Shown one piece after another: positions 27,439 through 36,764 of a stretch of DNA of 64,000 bases. Both the position numbers and the translations under genes were made by a program. Below the pieces are notes generated by a model, which had not been told where the DNA came from, ran no database searches, and was given only the letters and a program-made list of their open reading frames with translations. The DNA is from a virus: positions 1-64,000 of IMG/VR virus record IMGVR_UViG_3300049571_000380; one strand, 5' to 3'. Position 1 is the first letter of the stretch. Each line of letters starts with the position of its first letter.

Positions 27439-27756
27439 TCAGAGGTTCGCACCGCACAGGTGGCACGCCTTGCCGTCGCCGTGGGCACCCCGGCCGTGGC
27501 CGATCCCGAACGGGCTTACCGCCCGCACCAGCCGGTCCTCCCGGACGCCGTTCAGCGGATGGTTGCCGACGCTGTACAGCCCGTACGCCACCGAGGTCTT
27601 GCCGTCCACGGTCAGGGCGTCGTAGCCCCGCACGTACCCGCTCAGGAAGGGCAGGCTGTAGGCGGCCTCGGGGTTCGACGTGATGTCGATCCGGACGAAG
27701 TCGCCGTCCTGGTACTTGAGTTCCCCGCCTTCGGGGAGCGTCCACCCGTCAGCCAT
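27439..27756 (-). CDS. hypothetical protein (SH3/KOW-like)
   Basis: KYQDGDFVRI...GYVRGY...YGLY pattern. Confidence 0.5.
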   Translation of the reverse strand: MADGWTLPEGGELKYQDGDFVRIDITSNPEAAYSLPFLSGYVRGYDALTVDGKTSVAYGLYSVGNHPLNGVREDRLVRAVSPFGIGHGRGAHGDGKACHLCGANL

Positions 27757-28117
27757 CCCGGCCCTCCCTGATCTGGTCGAGCGCCTTGCGGACCGTCCCG
27801 GAATCCAGGCAGGCGCCGGTCAGTTGCACGTAGGCCCACATCCACGGGTCCCGGGCGGGGTCGATGACCCCCTCCATCAGGCGCCGTTCCACGTAGGCGC
27901 GTACGACCGTGATGTCCCCCCATCCGGGGATCGTACTGGCCGCCGCCATGCCGTCGATCAACGGCTGCGCGTAATCCCGGAAGAGTGTCGAGCCGGTCCG
28001 CCAGTCGGCACCGATCATGCGCCGGGCCTCCGGCGGGGAGAACCCAGGATGGCTGTTCAGCCGGTCGTACACTTCGTCCCCGATGTAGCGGGCTCCCGTC
28101 CGCCCTTCAGTTGCCAT
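27749..28117 (-). CDS. hypothetical protein
   Basis: 122-aa ORF. Confidence 0.55.
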   Translation of the reverse strand: MATEGRTGARYIGDEVYDRLNSHPGFSPPEARRMIGADWRTGSTLFRDYAQPLIDGMAAASTIPGWGDITVVRAYVERRLMEGVIDPARDPWMWAYVQLTGACLDSGTVRKALDQIREGRDG

Positions 28118-28421
28118 GGCCCTGCCAGTCTCCTGTCATGTACAGCGGGGCCGTCTGCATCTGCGACAGCTCGAACCCCTTGATCTCCGGCGATGTGTTG
28201 AGCAGCGCCCACTCGGCCAGCTCGGTCAGCAGCGTCGGCTCACCCTGCGAGCGCACCGTCAGCACAGCGCCCCGGGTTTGCCACAGAAACGGGGCGATCT
28301 CCCGCCCGGCGGCCTGCCGGGTTCGATCCCGGAGGTCTTGCAGGTCCGTCTCCACCGTCGCCGGATGCAGCGAGATCCGCAGTGTCCAGACGATGACCCG
28401 GCGGTCTGTCGCGCGCCTCAC
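28107..28421 (-). CDS. hypothetical protein
   Basis: coupled GTG start. Confidence 0.5.
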   Translation of the reverse strand: MRRATDRRVIVWTLRISLHPATVETDLQDLRDRTRQAAGREIAPFLWQTRGAVLTVRSQGEPTLLTELAEWALLNTSPEIKGFELSQMQTAPLYMTGDWQGHGN

Positions 28422-29008
28422 GCCTGCACCTCCTTCCGGTACGGCTCGAACGCCTCCCGGGCGGACTCCTCGGCGTACTCGCGCCCGATGTACCCCCAGC
28501 ACGAGTCGACGTGCTCCCACTCGCGGGTCTCGTCGTCCAGCTCCGGGTCGTCGCGGTCCTCGGCGTCCCGGGGGGTGCGGGTCACATCCTTCTCGACGAT
28601 GTGCCCGTACACCTCACCCTCGGCCCACTGCTGATACTCGTTCTGCTCCACCTCGATGAGCTGGGCGGCCGACAGCGCCGTCTCGGCCAGCTTCCCCGGC
28701 ATCACGTACCACAGGGACCAGGCGCCGTCGTGCGGCCGGTGCTCGACGACGGTGGCGCCGTGGAAGATCTTGGCCCACCGGGTGAAGACCGGGACCGCGT
28801 CCACGTAGCGGTCCTCGATCCGCTCCCACCCCTCGGCCAGCGGCCCGCCGTCCTTGTCGACGTCGATGTACCGCTGACCCTTCGGCGTGATCACGTTCGT
28901 CAGGTTGCAGTCCTGCTCGGTGCGGGGGTTGTAGTCCTGCGAGTCCTGCTGAACAACCACACGCACCCGGTACCGGCCCGCCGTCTCCAGCACGTCCATC
29001 TCGGTCAT
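28418..29008 (-). CDS. conserved phage hypothetical protein
   Basis: EYQQWAEGEVYGHIVE...DSCWGYIG motif recurrent in phage early genes. Confidence 0.65.
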   Translation of the reverse strand: MTEMDVLETAGRYRVRVVVQQDSQDYNPRTEQDCNLTNVITPKGQRYIDVDKDGGPLAEGWERIEDRYVDAVPVFTRWAKIFHGATVVEHRPHDGAWSLWYVMPGKLAETALSAAQLIEVEQNEYQQWAEGEVYGHIVEKDVTRTPRDAEDRDDPELDDETREWEHVDSCWGYIGREYAEESAREAFEPYRKEVQA

Positions 29009-29095
29009 CCCGTTCTCCTTCTCCGTTCCGGCATCGCCCGATCAGCGACACTCCCGGGCCCCCGGCATCGGCCGGGAACCCTAGGGCGTCTCCGC

Positions 29096-29653
29096 TCAGT
29101 TGAAGGGCGTCAGCTCCAGTCGCCCGTTCTCCACGACCAGGGGGCGCATCGGCTCCCGGTCGGCCTCGGGGTTGTGCCCCCGGTCCTCGCACTCGCAGCC
29201 CTCGCCGTGCGTGAGGAAGTCGCCGCACCCGTAGCACCAGATGCAGGACGACGGGTCGTCCAGCGGCTTGACCGTGATCCGGACCGGCTCACCTTCGACC
29301 TCGACCACGAACCGGTCCCCGGCGAACACCTCGTCCCGGAGGATGCCGAGACCGAGGTTCAGGATGCGCTCCCGGCACTCGTCGAACCCGCAGCACTCGT
29401 ACAGCGTGTGCGTGGAGCCGTTCGAGTAGATCTCGATCTGCACCTCTTCGCCGTTCCCGGTCTGCCGGGTCAGCTTCACGCCGTCCCGTCCGACCGGCAC
29501 GGCGTCGTGCGGGTGCCGTCCCCGGCTCCCGTCCGGGTGCACGTGAACGACCTCGCCGCCCATGTCGTGCTCGACCGTGGCCAGTTCACCGTCCCCGATC
29601 TCGACCCGGTCTCCGTGGTCGAACATCTGGATCCCGCGCAGCACCTGAGCCAT
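29096..29653 (-). CDS. hypothetical protein (two SH3-like segments, Cys clusters)
   Basis: GDRVEIG.. and GDRFVVE.. segments; CCGFDEC, CIWCYGCG. Confidence 0.55.
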   Translation of the reverse strand: MAQVLRGIQMFDHGDRVEIGDGELATVEHDMGGEVVHVHPDGSRGRHPHDAVPVGRDGVKLTRQTGNGEEVQIEIYSNGSTHTLYECCGFDECRERILNLGLGILRDEVFAGDRFVVEVEGEPVRITVKPLDDPSSCIWCYGCGDFLTHGEGCECEDRGHNPEADREPMRPLVVENGRLELTPFN

Positions 29654-29654
29654 G

Positions 29655-30107
29655 TCACTTCTCCTCTTCCGTCACGTCCCACGTGAGCAGGAACGTTGCG
29701 AACCGGGGGTTATCCGGTCCCTCGTACCGAGCGTTCTCCTTGTTCGCCCATCCGGTGCGCTCCACGGCGGCCGGTGCGTCCCGGAAGGACCACACCCCGT
29801 CGTACTCGCTCCCGCCCACGTCGTTGACCGTGGGCTTGGTCCAGATGGTGTACTCCGTGGCCGAACTGCACACGAAGGCGTAGGCCCCGGCGTCCGGGGT
29901 CCCGGTGCTCTCGTCGGCGGGGCGGATCTGCCGGGTAACCCGGTACAGCGTGTCCCCGGCGCGCTTGTCGCCCGCCACGGCCGCATCCCGGCTCTCGTAC
30001 ACGAACGGGCCGACCATGTCGCCGTCCCGCCCCTGTGACAGGTGGACCAGACCCCAGGCCATCCCGGGGTTCGGGGCCCACGTGTACCGGATCAGTTCCC
30101 CTTGCAT
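29655..30107 (-). CDS. hypothetical protein
   Basis: 150-aa ORF. Confidence 0.6.
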   Translation of the reverse strand: MQGELIRYTWAPNPGMAWGLVHLSQGRDGDMVGPFVYESRDAAVAGDKRAGDTLYRVTRQIRPADESTGTPDAGAYAFVCSSATEYTIWTKPTVNDVGGSEYDGVWSFRDAPAAVERTGWANKENARYEGPDNPRFATFLLTWDVTEEEK

Positions 30108-30120
30108 CCCGCCGCTCCCG

Positions 30121-30471
30121 TCAGTAGCTGTAGCCCTCGATGGTGGCCCGCTCGTACGCGCCGCCGTCCGACCTGGTCCACGAGGACAGCTCGTCGGCGA
30201 CGTACTCCGAGGCGTCGTTGAAGTTCTTCGGGAACCCCTCGCCGTCCAGGTCGCCGTTCGTGCTGATCACCGCGACGCTGCCGTTGTTGCCGCTCTCGTC
30301 GGTGAAGTCCCGGCCCTTCTCGGCCGCCGCCTTGATCTCGTCGGCGTGCTCGTCCCAGAAGTCGCGCCGGATGACCTCGATGTACTCCGTGTCGACGGTC
30401 CACACGGCCGCCCACGACTCCGTCAGGGCAACGCCGATCTCGTTCTCACCGTCGGTGACGTACGTCCCCAT
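30121..30471 (-). CDS. hypothetical acidic protein
   Basis: 116-aa ORF, GAGAGGGAG RBS. Confidence 0.6.
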   Translation of the reverse strand: MGTYVTDGENEIGVALTESWAAVWTVDTEYIEVIRRDFWDEHADEIKAAAEKGRDFTDESGNNGSVAVISTNGDLDGEGFPKNFNDASEYVADELSSWTRSDGGAYERATIEGYSY

Positions 30472-30604
30472 GTTCTTCTCCCTCTCCGATTCAACTCACC
30501 GTCCGACACGGCACGTCAGCGGCCGATCCCGGAGGACCGGCCGCTCCCGAACCCGTCGGCCTAGGCCAGACTAGCGGCACCGTGCACGGGCCGCCACCCG
30601 GACG

Positions 30605-30889
30605 TCAGTTCCGTCCGGACTCGTACCACCCGAGCACGTTCCGGCTCCCGTCGTCCTGCTGCGTCTGGCTCCAGACGATCGACACGGCGCCGATCTCCCG
30701 GCCGCTCGAACCGTCGGAGAGCTGCGCCCGCAGCGGGCCGCCGCGCACGGTCATCCCGGCGCTCACGCACGGGGCCAGCTCCGAGGCGATGCGGAGCTGC
30801 GTGATGGGCTCCGCCCGGACCTCCCAGTCCTCGTTCAGCTTGTCGTACGACACCGCCGGGTACTTGTTGCTTCCGTCCGCCATGCTCAT
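30605..30889 (-). CDS. hypothetical protein
   Basis: ORF from MSMADG, GACGGAAGGG RBS. Confidence 0.55.
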   Translation of the reverse strand: MSMADGSNKYPAVSYDKLNEDWEVRAEPITQLRIASELAPCVSAGMTVRGGPLRAQLSDGSSGREIGAVSIVWSQTQQDDGSRNVLGWYESGRN

Positions 30890-31509
30890 CCCTTCCGTCC
30901 GAACGTGAGGGTGAGGGAGTTGTCGACTCCCTTGCCGTAGCGCTTCGGCGAAACCCGCAGAAAGCGCAGCTTGTTGCCGTCCACCAGGAACTCGTGGGCG
31001 TACTGCGGACCGATCTCCGGCTCCCCGGTGACCGGCCAGTCGCACCGCTTGGTGACCCGCCCCTTCCGGTCGGTCATCGAGATCCCGGTGTCGTCCTTCC
31101 GGGTGACGACCAAGTCGTCACGGAACTCGTTCGCCCCGTGGCCGAACCAGTTGACCGACTGCCCCGTCTCGACGGTCGCGGCCAGCTCCCGCACCGTGGC
31201 CATGTCGCTCGGCAGGACCGTCCCGTGGCTGCGGCCGAACAGGCGGAAGTCGCGGTTCGTGCACCCGGCGAGGAAGTTGGGACGGAAGAACTCCGCTCCC
31301 GTGAATCGCCCCTCTTCCGGCGTGACGTCCCAGTTCGGGCCCGGCGTGCAGTCCTCCCACGGCGCCAGGAACGACGTCCCGTCGGCCCGCTCGATCTCGT
31401 ACGTACCGGCCCACTGGTGACCGTCCAGGTAGCGCACCCGGGCTACCCCGTAGACCGTCTCCGCGTCCGTGTCGACGACGATCCGCAGGCCCGTCAGGTT
31501 GAGGTTCAC
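30886..31509 (-). CDS. hypothetical protein
   Basis: coupled GTG start (VNLNLTG). Confidence 0.6.
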   Translation of the reverse strand: MNLNLTGLRIVVDTDAETVYGVARVRYLDGHQWAGTYEIERADGTSFLAPWEDCTPGPNWDVTPEEGRFTGAEFFRPNFLAGCTNRDFRLFGRSHGTVLPSDMATVRELAATVETGQSVNWFGHGANEFRDDLVVTRKDDTGISMTDRKGRVTKRCDWPVTGEPEIGPQYAHEFLVDGNKLRFLRVSPKRYGKGVDNSLTLTFGRKG

Positions 31510-32063
31510 GCCTTGTCTCCCTTCAGCACGTCGCGCTCGGCGACGTGGGCGTACGTGATGGCCGGGGGCTTGGCGTTGAAGTGCCGGAACAGGTGGTCGT
31601 TCGACCGGGCGATGTACGCGTTCAGCGCCCGCTGCTCGTCGAAGGTGTACGTCCCGTTGCTCACCTCGCCGTACGGGTCGACGGTGTAGACCACGTACTC
31701 CCGCTTGTGGTCGGTCCACGCCAGGACCGTGCCGATCCGACGCTCCCCGCCGCCCGCACCGTTCGCGTACTGCACGGCCAGCACGATGGAGCCGACGCCG
31801 ACGATGTCACCGCACTTGACCGTGCGGTATCCGCGCTGCGAGTCGAGCACGGCGATCAGCTCGTCCCGCTCTTCGCCGCTCAGCACTACGTGCTCGGTCT
31901 GCGTCCACGACGGGTGGCCCTCGTCGGGCACGGTCGCCTTGCCGATGCGCAGCACGGCGTTCCCGGCGTTCGACTGCTCCACCGAACCGATCACGCTCGG
32001 GTTCGGCGCGTACTCCGACGGCCCCAGGGCCAGCCCCAGGATCCTCTTCAGCTTCTTGATCAC
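31506..32063 (-). CDS. hypothetical protein
   Basis: GTG start after GACGGAAGGG RBS. Confidence 0.6.
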   Translation of the reverse strand: MIKKLKRILGLALGPSEYAPNPSVIGSVEQSNAGNAVLRIGKATVPDEGHPSWTQTEHVVLSGEERDELIAVLDSQRGYRTVKCGDIVGVGSIVLAVQYANGAGGGERRIGTVLAWTDHKREYVVYTVDPYGEVSNGTYTFDEQRALNAYIARSNDHLFRHFNAKPPAITYAHVAERDVLKGDKA

Positions 32064-32150
32064 GTCTTCGTCCCTTCCGTCCGTCATGTCCCACCGTGGG
32101 ACACAGGCGCGCACGAGCCCCCTCCCGTGCGCCCCTGAATCACGCGGTGA

Positions 32151-32393
32151 TCACAGGTGGTCCGGGATCTCGATCCCGTGCTCTTCGAGCAGCGCCCGCA
32201 GACCGGCGACCTCGGTCCGGTGGTTCTGCTCCCGGCGGGCGGCGTTGTCCCGGGCGTACGACTCGGCCACCAGCACGGCCACCTCGGGGTCGCAGTCGGC
32301 CAGGTCACCGGCCGTCAGGCCGACCTCCCGCTCGTACCCCGGGTTCTCCTCCCGGTACTGCATGTCCCGCATGTCGTCATACGATCCGTGCAT
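32151..32393 (-). CDS. hypothetical protein (coiled coil)
   Basis: 80-aa ORF, GAGGTGA RBS. Confidence 0.55.
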   Translation of the reverse strand: MHGSYDDMRDMQYREENPGYEREVGLTAGDLADCDPEVAVLVAESYARDNAARREQNHRTEVAGLRALLEEHGIEIPDHL

Positions 32394-32402
32394 CTCGTCA
32401 CC

Positions 32403-32855
32403 TCACCACTTGTTCGAGTCGAACCAGTACAGCGTTCCGCCCGCCGACGTCTCCGCGCAGACCTCGCCGTCGTTGATCGCGTTGTCGGCGTACCACTTCT
32501 CGAAGTCGTCCGCCGTAGGCGTGCCGCCCACGAAGGCGAGGGTGGTCCCCGTCTCCTCGGCGTGCTCTTCGGCGAGGGTCCGCCAGTCGCTCACGGTCTC
32601 GCCCCGGTAGGAGTTCAGGACGTCGATCAGCCGCTCCGCGCTGAACTCGTCCTCGTCGTTCTCCGTCAGGGCCACGAACGCCGCCTCGATGCGCTCCGAG
32701 TCCCGCTCCACCTTGTCGTGGTCGATGACCTGGTCACAGAGCCACTGTGCGAGCGGTCCGTGCTGCTCCCCGGCGTCGATGCTGTCCCATTCGGCGATCT
32801 CCGCCGCTTCCAGGGCGTTGTCCCACTCGTCCCTGCTGTACCGAACGTCACTCAT
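32403..32855 (-). CDS. ArdA-like acidic antirestriction protein
   Basis: very D/E-rich; NSYRGETVSDWRTLAEEHAEETG...DFEKWYADN...GGTLYWFD resembles the ArdA C-terminal part. Confidence 0.55.
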   Translation of the reverse strand: MSDVRYSRDEWDNALEAAEIAEWDSIDAGEQHGPLAQWLCDQVIDHDKVERDSERIEAAFVALTENDEDEFSAERLIDVLNSYRGETVSDWRTLAEEHAEETGTTLAFVGGTPTADDFEKWYADNAINDGEVCAETSAGGTLYWFDSNKW

Positions 32856-32930
32856 GTCCTGTTCCTTTCCGTCCGTGGTCCACGGTGGGGCACCCGGTCT
32901 CCCGGATGCCCGCCCGAAGCGCGCGGATGG

Positions 32931-33449
32931 TCAGCGCTGGACGCACGACCCGTCGCAGTGGACCGTCTCCCCGATGCCCGCACCGGAGGTCAGCACGTCG
33001 TCCGTGTCGGCGTGACCCTCGCACGGGTTGTGATCGGCGCACCGCTTGACCAGGGTGATGTTCCCGGCCGCGTCCGTGTCGACCTCGCACCCGTTGCCCT
33101 CGGCGGAGCACTCCATCCAGTCCCGCATGACGATGTACTCGCCCATGTCGACGTTGAGCACCCAGCCGTCGGGAAGCTGCTCACCCAGGTACTCGATCGC
33201 CTTGTCGGTGATGCCGCCCTGGCCCGTCATGGCCTCCAGCTTGTCCAGCTCGGCGCCCGACGTGCCGGAGTCGGACTCTCCCGACGCGCGGTACCGGTCG
33301 ACGACCGCCGTGTCCTCGGCGTCCAGCTCCATCCCGTGGTGCGTGGCGATGTCGACGATGCGGTACGAGTTCGTCCAGCCCTGCGCCCCGTCCAGCCAGC
33401 ACCCGGTCTCGACCTGGTTGCCGTTCTCCAGCGTGATGATCTCCGTCAT
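32931..33449 (-). CDS. hypothetical acidic, Cys-containing protein
   Basis: ORF from MTEIITL, GAGGAGAAGGG RBS. Confidence 0.6.
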   Translation of the reverse strand: MTEIITLENGNQVETGCWLDGAQGWTNSYRIVDIATHHGMELDAEDTAVVDRYRASGESDSGTSGAELDKLEAMTGQGGITDKAIEYLGEQLPDGWVLNVDMGEYIVMRDWMECSAEGNGCEVDTDAAGNITLVKRCADHNPCEGHADTDDVLTSGAGIGETVHCDGSCVQR

Positions 33450-33487
33450 GCCCTTCTCCTCTTCCGTCGTGATCCTGCGAGCCGGTC

Positions 33488-33889
33488 TTACGCGTCGCCC
33501 TCGGCGGCGTTGATCAGTTCCTGGGCGCGGTCCCCGCCCCGCATCCCCCACTCGTGGTAGTCGATGCGCTCCCGGGCCGTCGCTCCGTAGCGGGAGTACG
33601 CCACCTGCACGGCCAGCAGGAACTCGCCGTCGTCCCCGTCGGGCTCGATGCCCATCAGGCGCAGGTACCGCATCGCGGCGGCCGTGTAGAACGCGCACGC
33701 CTGCCGGGCTCCCTGCGGTCCGTACCACACCCGGCCGTCCCGGGCGTCGGCGTACGACGTCCCGTGCTCCGGGTGCGAGCCGACCGGCCCCAGCTTGAAC
33801 ATGCCACCCGTGATCTTCTCGACCCGGGCCGCGACCTCCGCAACGAACGCCGCCGTGAACTTGATTCGTGCAGCTTCCACCGTTTCCAT
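33488..33889 (-). CDS. hypothetical protein
   Basis: ORF from METVEAA after GACGGAAAGG RBS. Confidence 0.6.
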   Translation of the reverse strand: METVEAARIKFTAAFVAEVAARVEKITGGMFKLGPVGSHPEHGTSYADARDGRVWYGPQGARQACAFYTAAAMRYLRLMGIEPDGDDGEFLLAVQVAYSRYGATARERIDYHEWGMRGGDRAQELINAAEGDA

Positions 33890-33989
33890 CCTTTCCGTCC
33901 GGTTCATGACCATTCGACCGATCAGGAACACACTGGAAGACTCGGAACCGGGCCCCAACCCGGCCCCGAATCCTCCCGAATGCCTCAGA

Positions 33990-34100
33990 TCACCCGGCCT
34001 TGCCGTCTCTGATCTTGCGCAGTCCCGCCCACAGGTACCGCAGGCCCATGCAGGCCAGCCCGCACCCGAAGTACAGGACGAACACGAGACCGAAGATCAT
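33990..34100 (-). CDS. 36-aa membrane microprotein
   Basis: MIFGLVFVLYFGCGLACMGLRYLWAGLRK; coupled start. Confidence 0.5.
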   Translation of the reverse strand: MIFGLVFVLYFGCGLACMGLRYLWAGLRKIRDGKAG

Positions 34101-34363
34101 GCACCCGCCACCGTGAAGACGTACGTCTCCGGGGTGTCCCGGCTCCACAGCAGCCGCGCGCCGTCCGGCAGCAGCTTCCCGGCGACGATCTCCGCCGCCT
34201 CCCGGCCCTCCGTGATCCGGTCGCCGTCCTTGATCGGGGACGGAAGCCAGATGTGCGCTCCCGTCTGCCGGTCCGTGGCACCGAGGCCCATCGTCGGCGA
34301 CCCGTTCGCCGTGTGCTGCTTGCCCCGTACGACGATCTCCCGGGGCCCGTTTCCGCTGCTCAT
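34097..34363 (-). CDS. hypothetical protein
   Basis: ORF from MSSGNGP, GGGAGAGGG RBS. Confidence 0.55.
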   Translation of the reverse strand: MSSGNGPREIVVRGKQHTANGSPTMGLGATDRQTGAHIWLPSPIKDGDRITEGREAAEIVAGKLLPDGARLLWSRDTPETYVFTVAGA

Positions 34364-34389
34364 GCGTCCCTCTCCCTTGCCTGATCCGA

Positions 34390-35019
34390 TCACGAACAAC
34401 CACACCGCGCGTACGCGGATACCGCCTTGCTGCACCCCGGGCACTGCTCCCATCCGCCCCGGGTCGGCCGTTGCATCTCCATCACCAGGTCAGCGCCCGA
34501 ATCCGGGCACCCGCACCCGGCCGTGGGGTGCTTGACCTGAAAGCAGCTCCCGCATACCGGCCGGGGCGCCACCACCAGAGGCGTACGAACCGCCGTGGTC
34601 CGGCTCCGTGGCGCCGGAGCCGGAACCGTACCGGACGGCAGGATGCGCAAGCCGTCCTTGACCAGCCGGACCACTTCGCCGTCGGCCGCCTCCCACGGGA
34701 GCCGGACCACGACCCCGCGCTTGCCTCCCGGGTTGACTAGCCACTCCTCATGAGGCGTGTCCAGCGGCCGGGGAACCGGCTCCGTGGCCTTGCGCAGGAA
34801 CACCCGCATGTAGCCGGTCTCGTCCGCGTCCGGCCACTCCCGGACCGGCCGATGCGCTCCGTACCGGGACGGCTCGTCTCCCAGGAACCAGGTCCGCCCG
34901 GCTCCCAGTTGGTTGCGTTCGAGCAGACAGCGGCCCGCTTGCTCCCGTGACGGCAGACGCTCGACTTCCAGACCGGACGTCGGGGTGCGTGCCGTCGGGA
35001 CATAGATCGCGTACAGCAC
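34390..35019 (-). CDS. hypothetical protein with two C-terminal Zn-ribbon motifs
   Basis: CGSCF...CGC and CPGC...CGC. Confidence 0.55.
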   Translation of the reverse strand: MLYAIYVPTARTPTSGLEVERLPSREQAGRCLLERNQLGAGRTWFLGDEPSRYGAHRPVREWPDADETGYMRVFLRKATEPVPRPLDTPHEEWLVNPGGKRGVVVRLPWEAADGEVVRLVKDGLRILPSGTVPAPAPRSRTTAVRTPLVVAPRPVCGSCFQVKHPTAGCGCPDSGADLVMEMQRPTRGGWEQCPGCSKAVSAYARCGCS

Positions 35020-35025
35020 TCCCGG

Positions 35026-35577
35026 TCAGCCCTCCTGTGGCTCACGGTGCAGGACCACCCATCCGACCGCCTCCCGCTCCCGCTGCTCCCCGCTCTCGTC
35101 CGTGCAGATCACACACGGGTCCGACAGCTTGCACGTGGGCGATTCGTTGGGGCAGACCTCCGAGTCGACCTCGACCATGCACGCCACCCAGTAGCCGGGT
35201 GTCGACAGGATGTGCTCCGCCAGGCTCCCGCCGATGAACTCCGACACGTGCATGACCGGGTTGTCCTTGTGGTTCCCGTACTGGCCGGTCCATCCCGTCT
35301 CGGCCGTCCATCCGGCCCGCTCCAGGTCGGCGATCAGCGCGGCGTCGTGCTCGGCGAGGATCTGCCCGTCGTCATCCGTGTCCATGTTGATCTCCGGGGC
35401 GTGTACGCCCCGGACGTCGTCGTGCACGAGACCGCCCGCGTCCACCCTGATCACGTGATCCATCGACATCAGAGCGTCAAGGGTGTCCGACTTGGAACGG
35501 GAACCCTCCTTGATCCAGCTCCCGCCCAGGTTGCGCACCCCGTTGTCCCATGCCGACACGTACCGCTGACCAGCCAT
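35026..35577 (-). CDS. hypothetical protein
   Basis: ORF from MAGQRY, GACGGAAGGGAG RBS. Confidence 0.6.
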   Translation of the reverse strand: MAGQRYVSAWDNGVRNLGGSWIKEGSRSKSDTLDALMSMDHVIRVDAGGLVHDDVRGVHAPEINMDTDDDGQILAEHDAALIADLERAGWTAETGWTGQYGNHKDNPVMHVSEFIGGSLAEHILSTPGYWVACMVEVDSEVCPNESPTCKLSDPCVICTDESGEQREREAVGWVVLHREPQEG

Positions 35578-35663
35578 GACTTTTTCTCCCTTCCGTCCGG
35601 ACCATCCGGCACCACGGACCCGCACGGAGTCGCCCCCGTGCAGGCCCGAAGCACTGCGCTCCG

Positions 35664-35903
35664 TCACCGTTCCCGCAGGTCGCATCCGTGCGCGTAGTAG
35701 AACCGCGTCCCCAGGATCGTGATCGTCTGACCTTCGTCAGTGATCACGTTCTCCCCCAGCTCTTCGAGCCGGTCCAGGACCCGCTCCAGCTCCCCGTACG
35801 TCTCCCGGATCTGCACCCGCGCCGGGTCGGCCGCCAGTTCGTCACGCTCCCGCTGGAGCCGGGCGATCTGTGCGTCTATCGCCTTCAGCTTGTCGCCGCT
35901 CAC
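35664..35903 (-). CDS. hypothetical protein (coiled coil)
   Basis: 79-aa ORF, GAGGGAGGG RBS. Confidence 0.55.
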   Translation of the reverse strand: MSGDKLKAIDAQIARLQRERDELAADPARVQIRETYGELERVLDRLEELGENVITDEGQTITILGTRFYYAHGCDLRER

Positions 35904-35916
35904 GTGCGCCCCTCCC

Positions 35917-36375
35917 TCACATCCACACCGGCACGATCCGGTGCCCCTGGTTGGCGTCCAGGAACGCCATCCGTTCGGCCCGGCTGCTCATCCCCTCCGC
36001 GTCCGTCGGCCGGTTCAGGGTCATGCGCAGCCGGGACAGCGTGGTCCCTTCCAGAACCGGCGCGTCCCACGTCCACAGGGTGACCAGCCGGACCGTCTCG
36101 CTCGCTTCCGCCTCCCGGCTCTGCGAAACCTCGCAGAACGAGCCCGGGATCATGTAGTGCTCGCCGATGCACACGCGCGGCTCGTCCTCGACCGCCTTGC
36201 GCAACAGGTCTTGCATGTGACCGAGGTGATTCGACAGGCCGATGTACCCTTGCCAGTCCGGATCGGTCCCGTCACCCGTCTCGGGGGACAGGAACAGGTC
36301 GGCCGCACCCGCACGTCCCGCCGTCCACAGCCACCGCTTCCCGGCCGGGAGCCGGTACAGGTACGTGTGCTTCAT
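35917..36375 (-). CDS. hypothetical protein
   Basis: ORF from MKHTYLY, coupled. Confidence 0.55.
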   Translation of the reverse strand: MKHTYLYRLPAGKRWLWTAGRAGAADLFLSPETGDGTDPDWQGYIGLSNHLGHMQDLLRKAVEDEPRVCIGEHYMIPGSFCEVSQSREAEASETVRLVTLWTWDAPVLEGTTLSRLRMTLNRPTDAEGMSSRAERMAFLDANQGHRIVPVWM

Positions 36376-36680
36376 ACCGGCGTCCTCTCGTCCATGCCCG
36401 GCTCCCGTACGCTCTCCGTGACCCGCGCCAGGAACGCGGCACTGGCCGCCGGAAAGTCGTCCGTCGCCATCGTGGCCCGGATCTCCCCGTCGTCCTTGAC
36501 CACCCATACGCCGTAGCGTGGGCGGCCGTTCTCTCCCGTGCGCAGGGTCAGCAGCACACCCGCGAACCCGTAGCCACCGTGGAACACCTTGAACACGTGA
36601 TGCACGTCAGCCCGCGCATCCGCGATCTCGTCCCCCGGCTGCATGTGCACGCGCACCGATTCCGTCGTCGTCGCCCTCAT
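36372..36680 (-). CDS. hypothetical protein
   Basis: 102-aa ORF, ACGGAAGGGAGAGG RBS. Confidence 0.6.
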   Translation of the reverse strand: MRATTTESVRVHMQPGDEIADARADVHHVFKVFHGGYGFAGVLLTLRTGENGRPRYGVWVVKDDGEIRATMATDDFPAASAAFLARVTESVREPGMDERTPV

Positions 36681-36764
36681 GCTTTCCTCTCCCTTCCGTG
36701 GACCGTCACCACACGGACGGATGCGGGACCGTGACCCCGCGCCCGCCCGAACAGCGGCGCTCCG

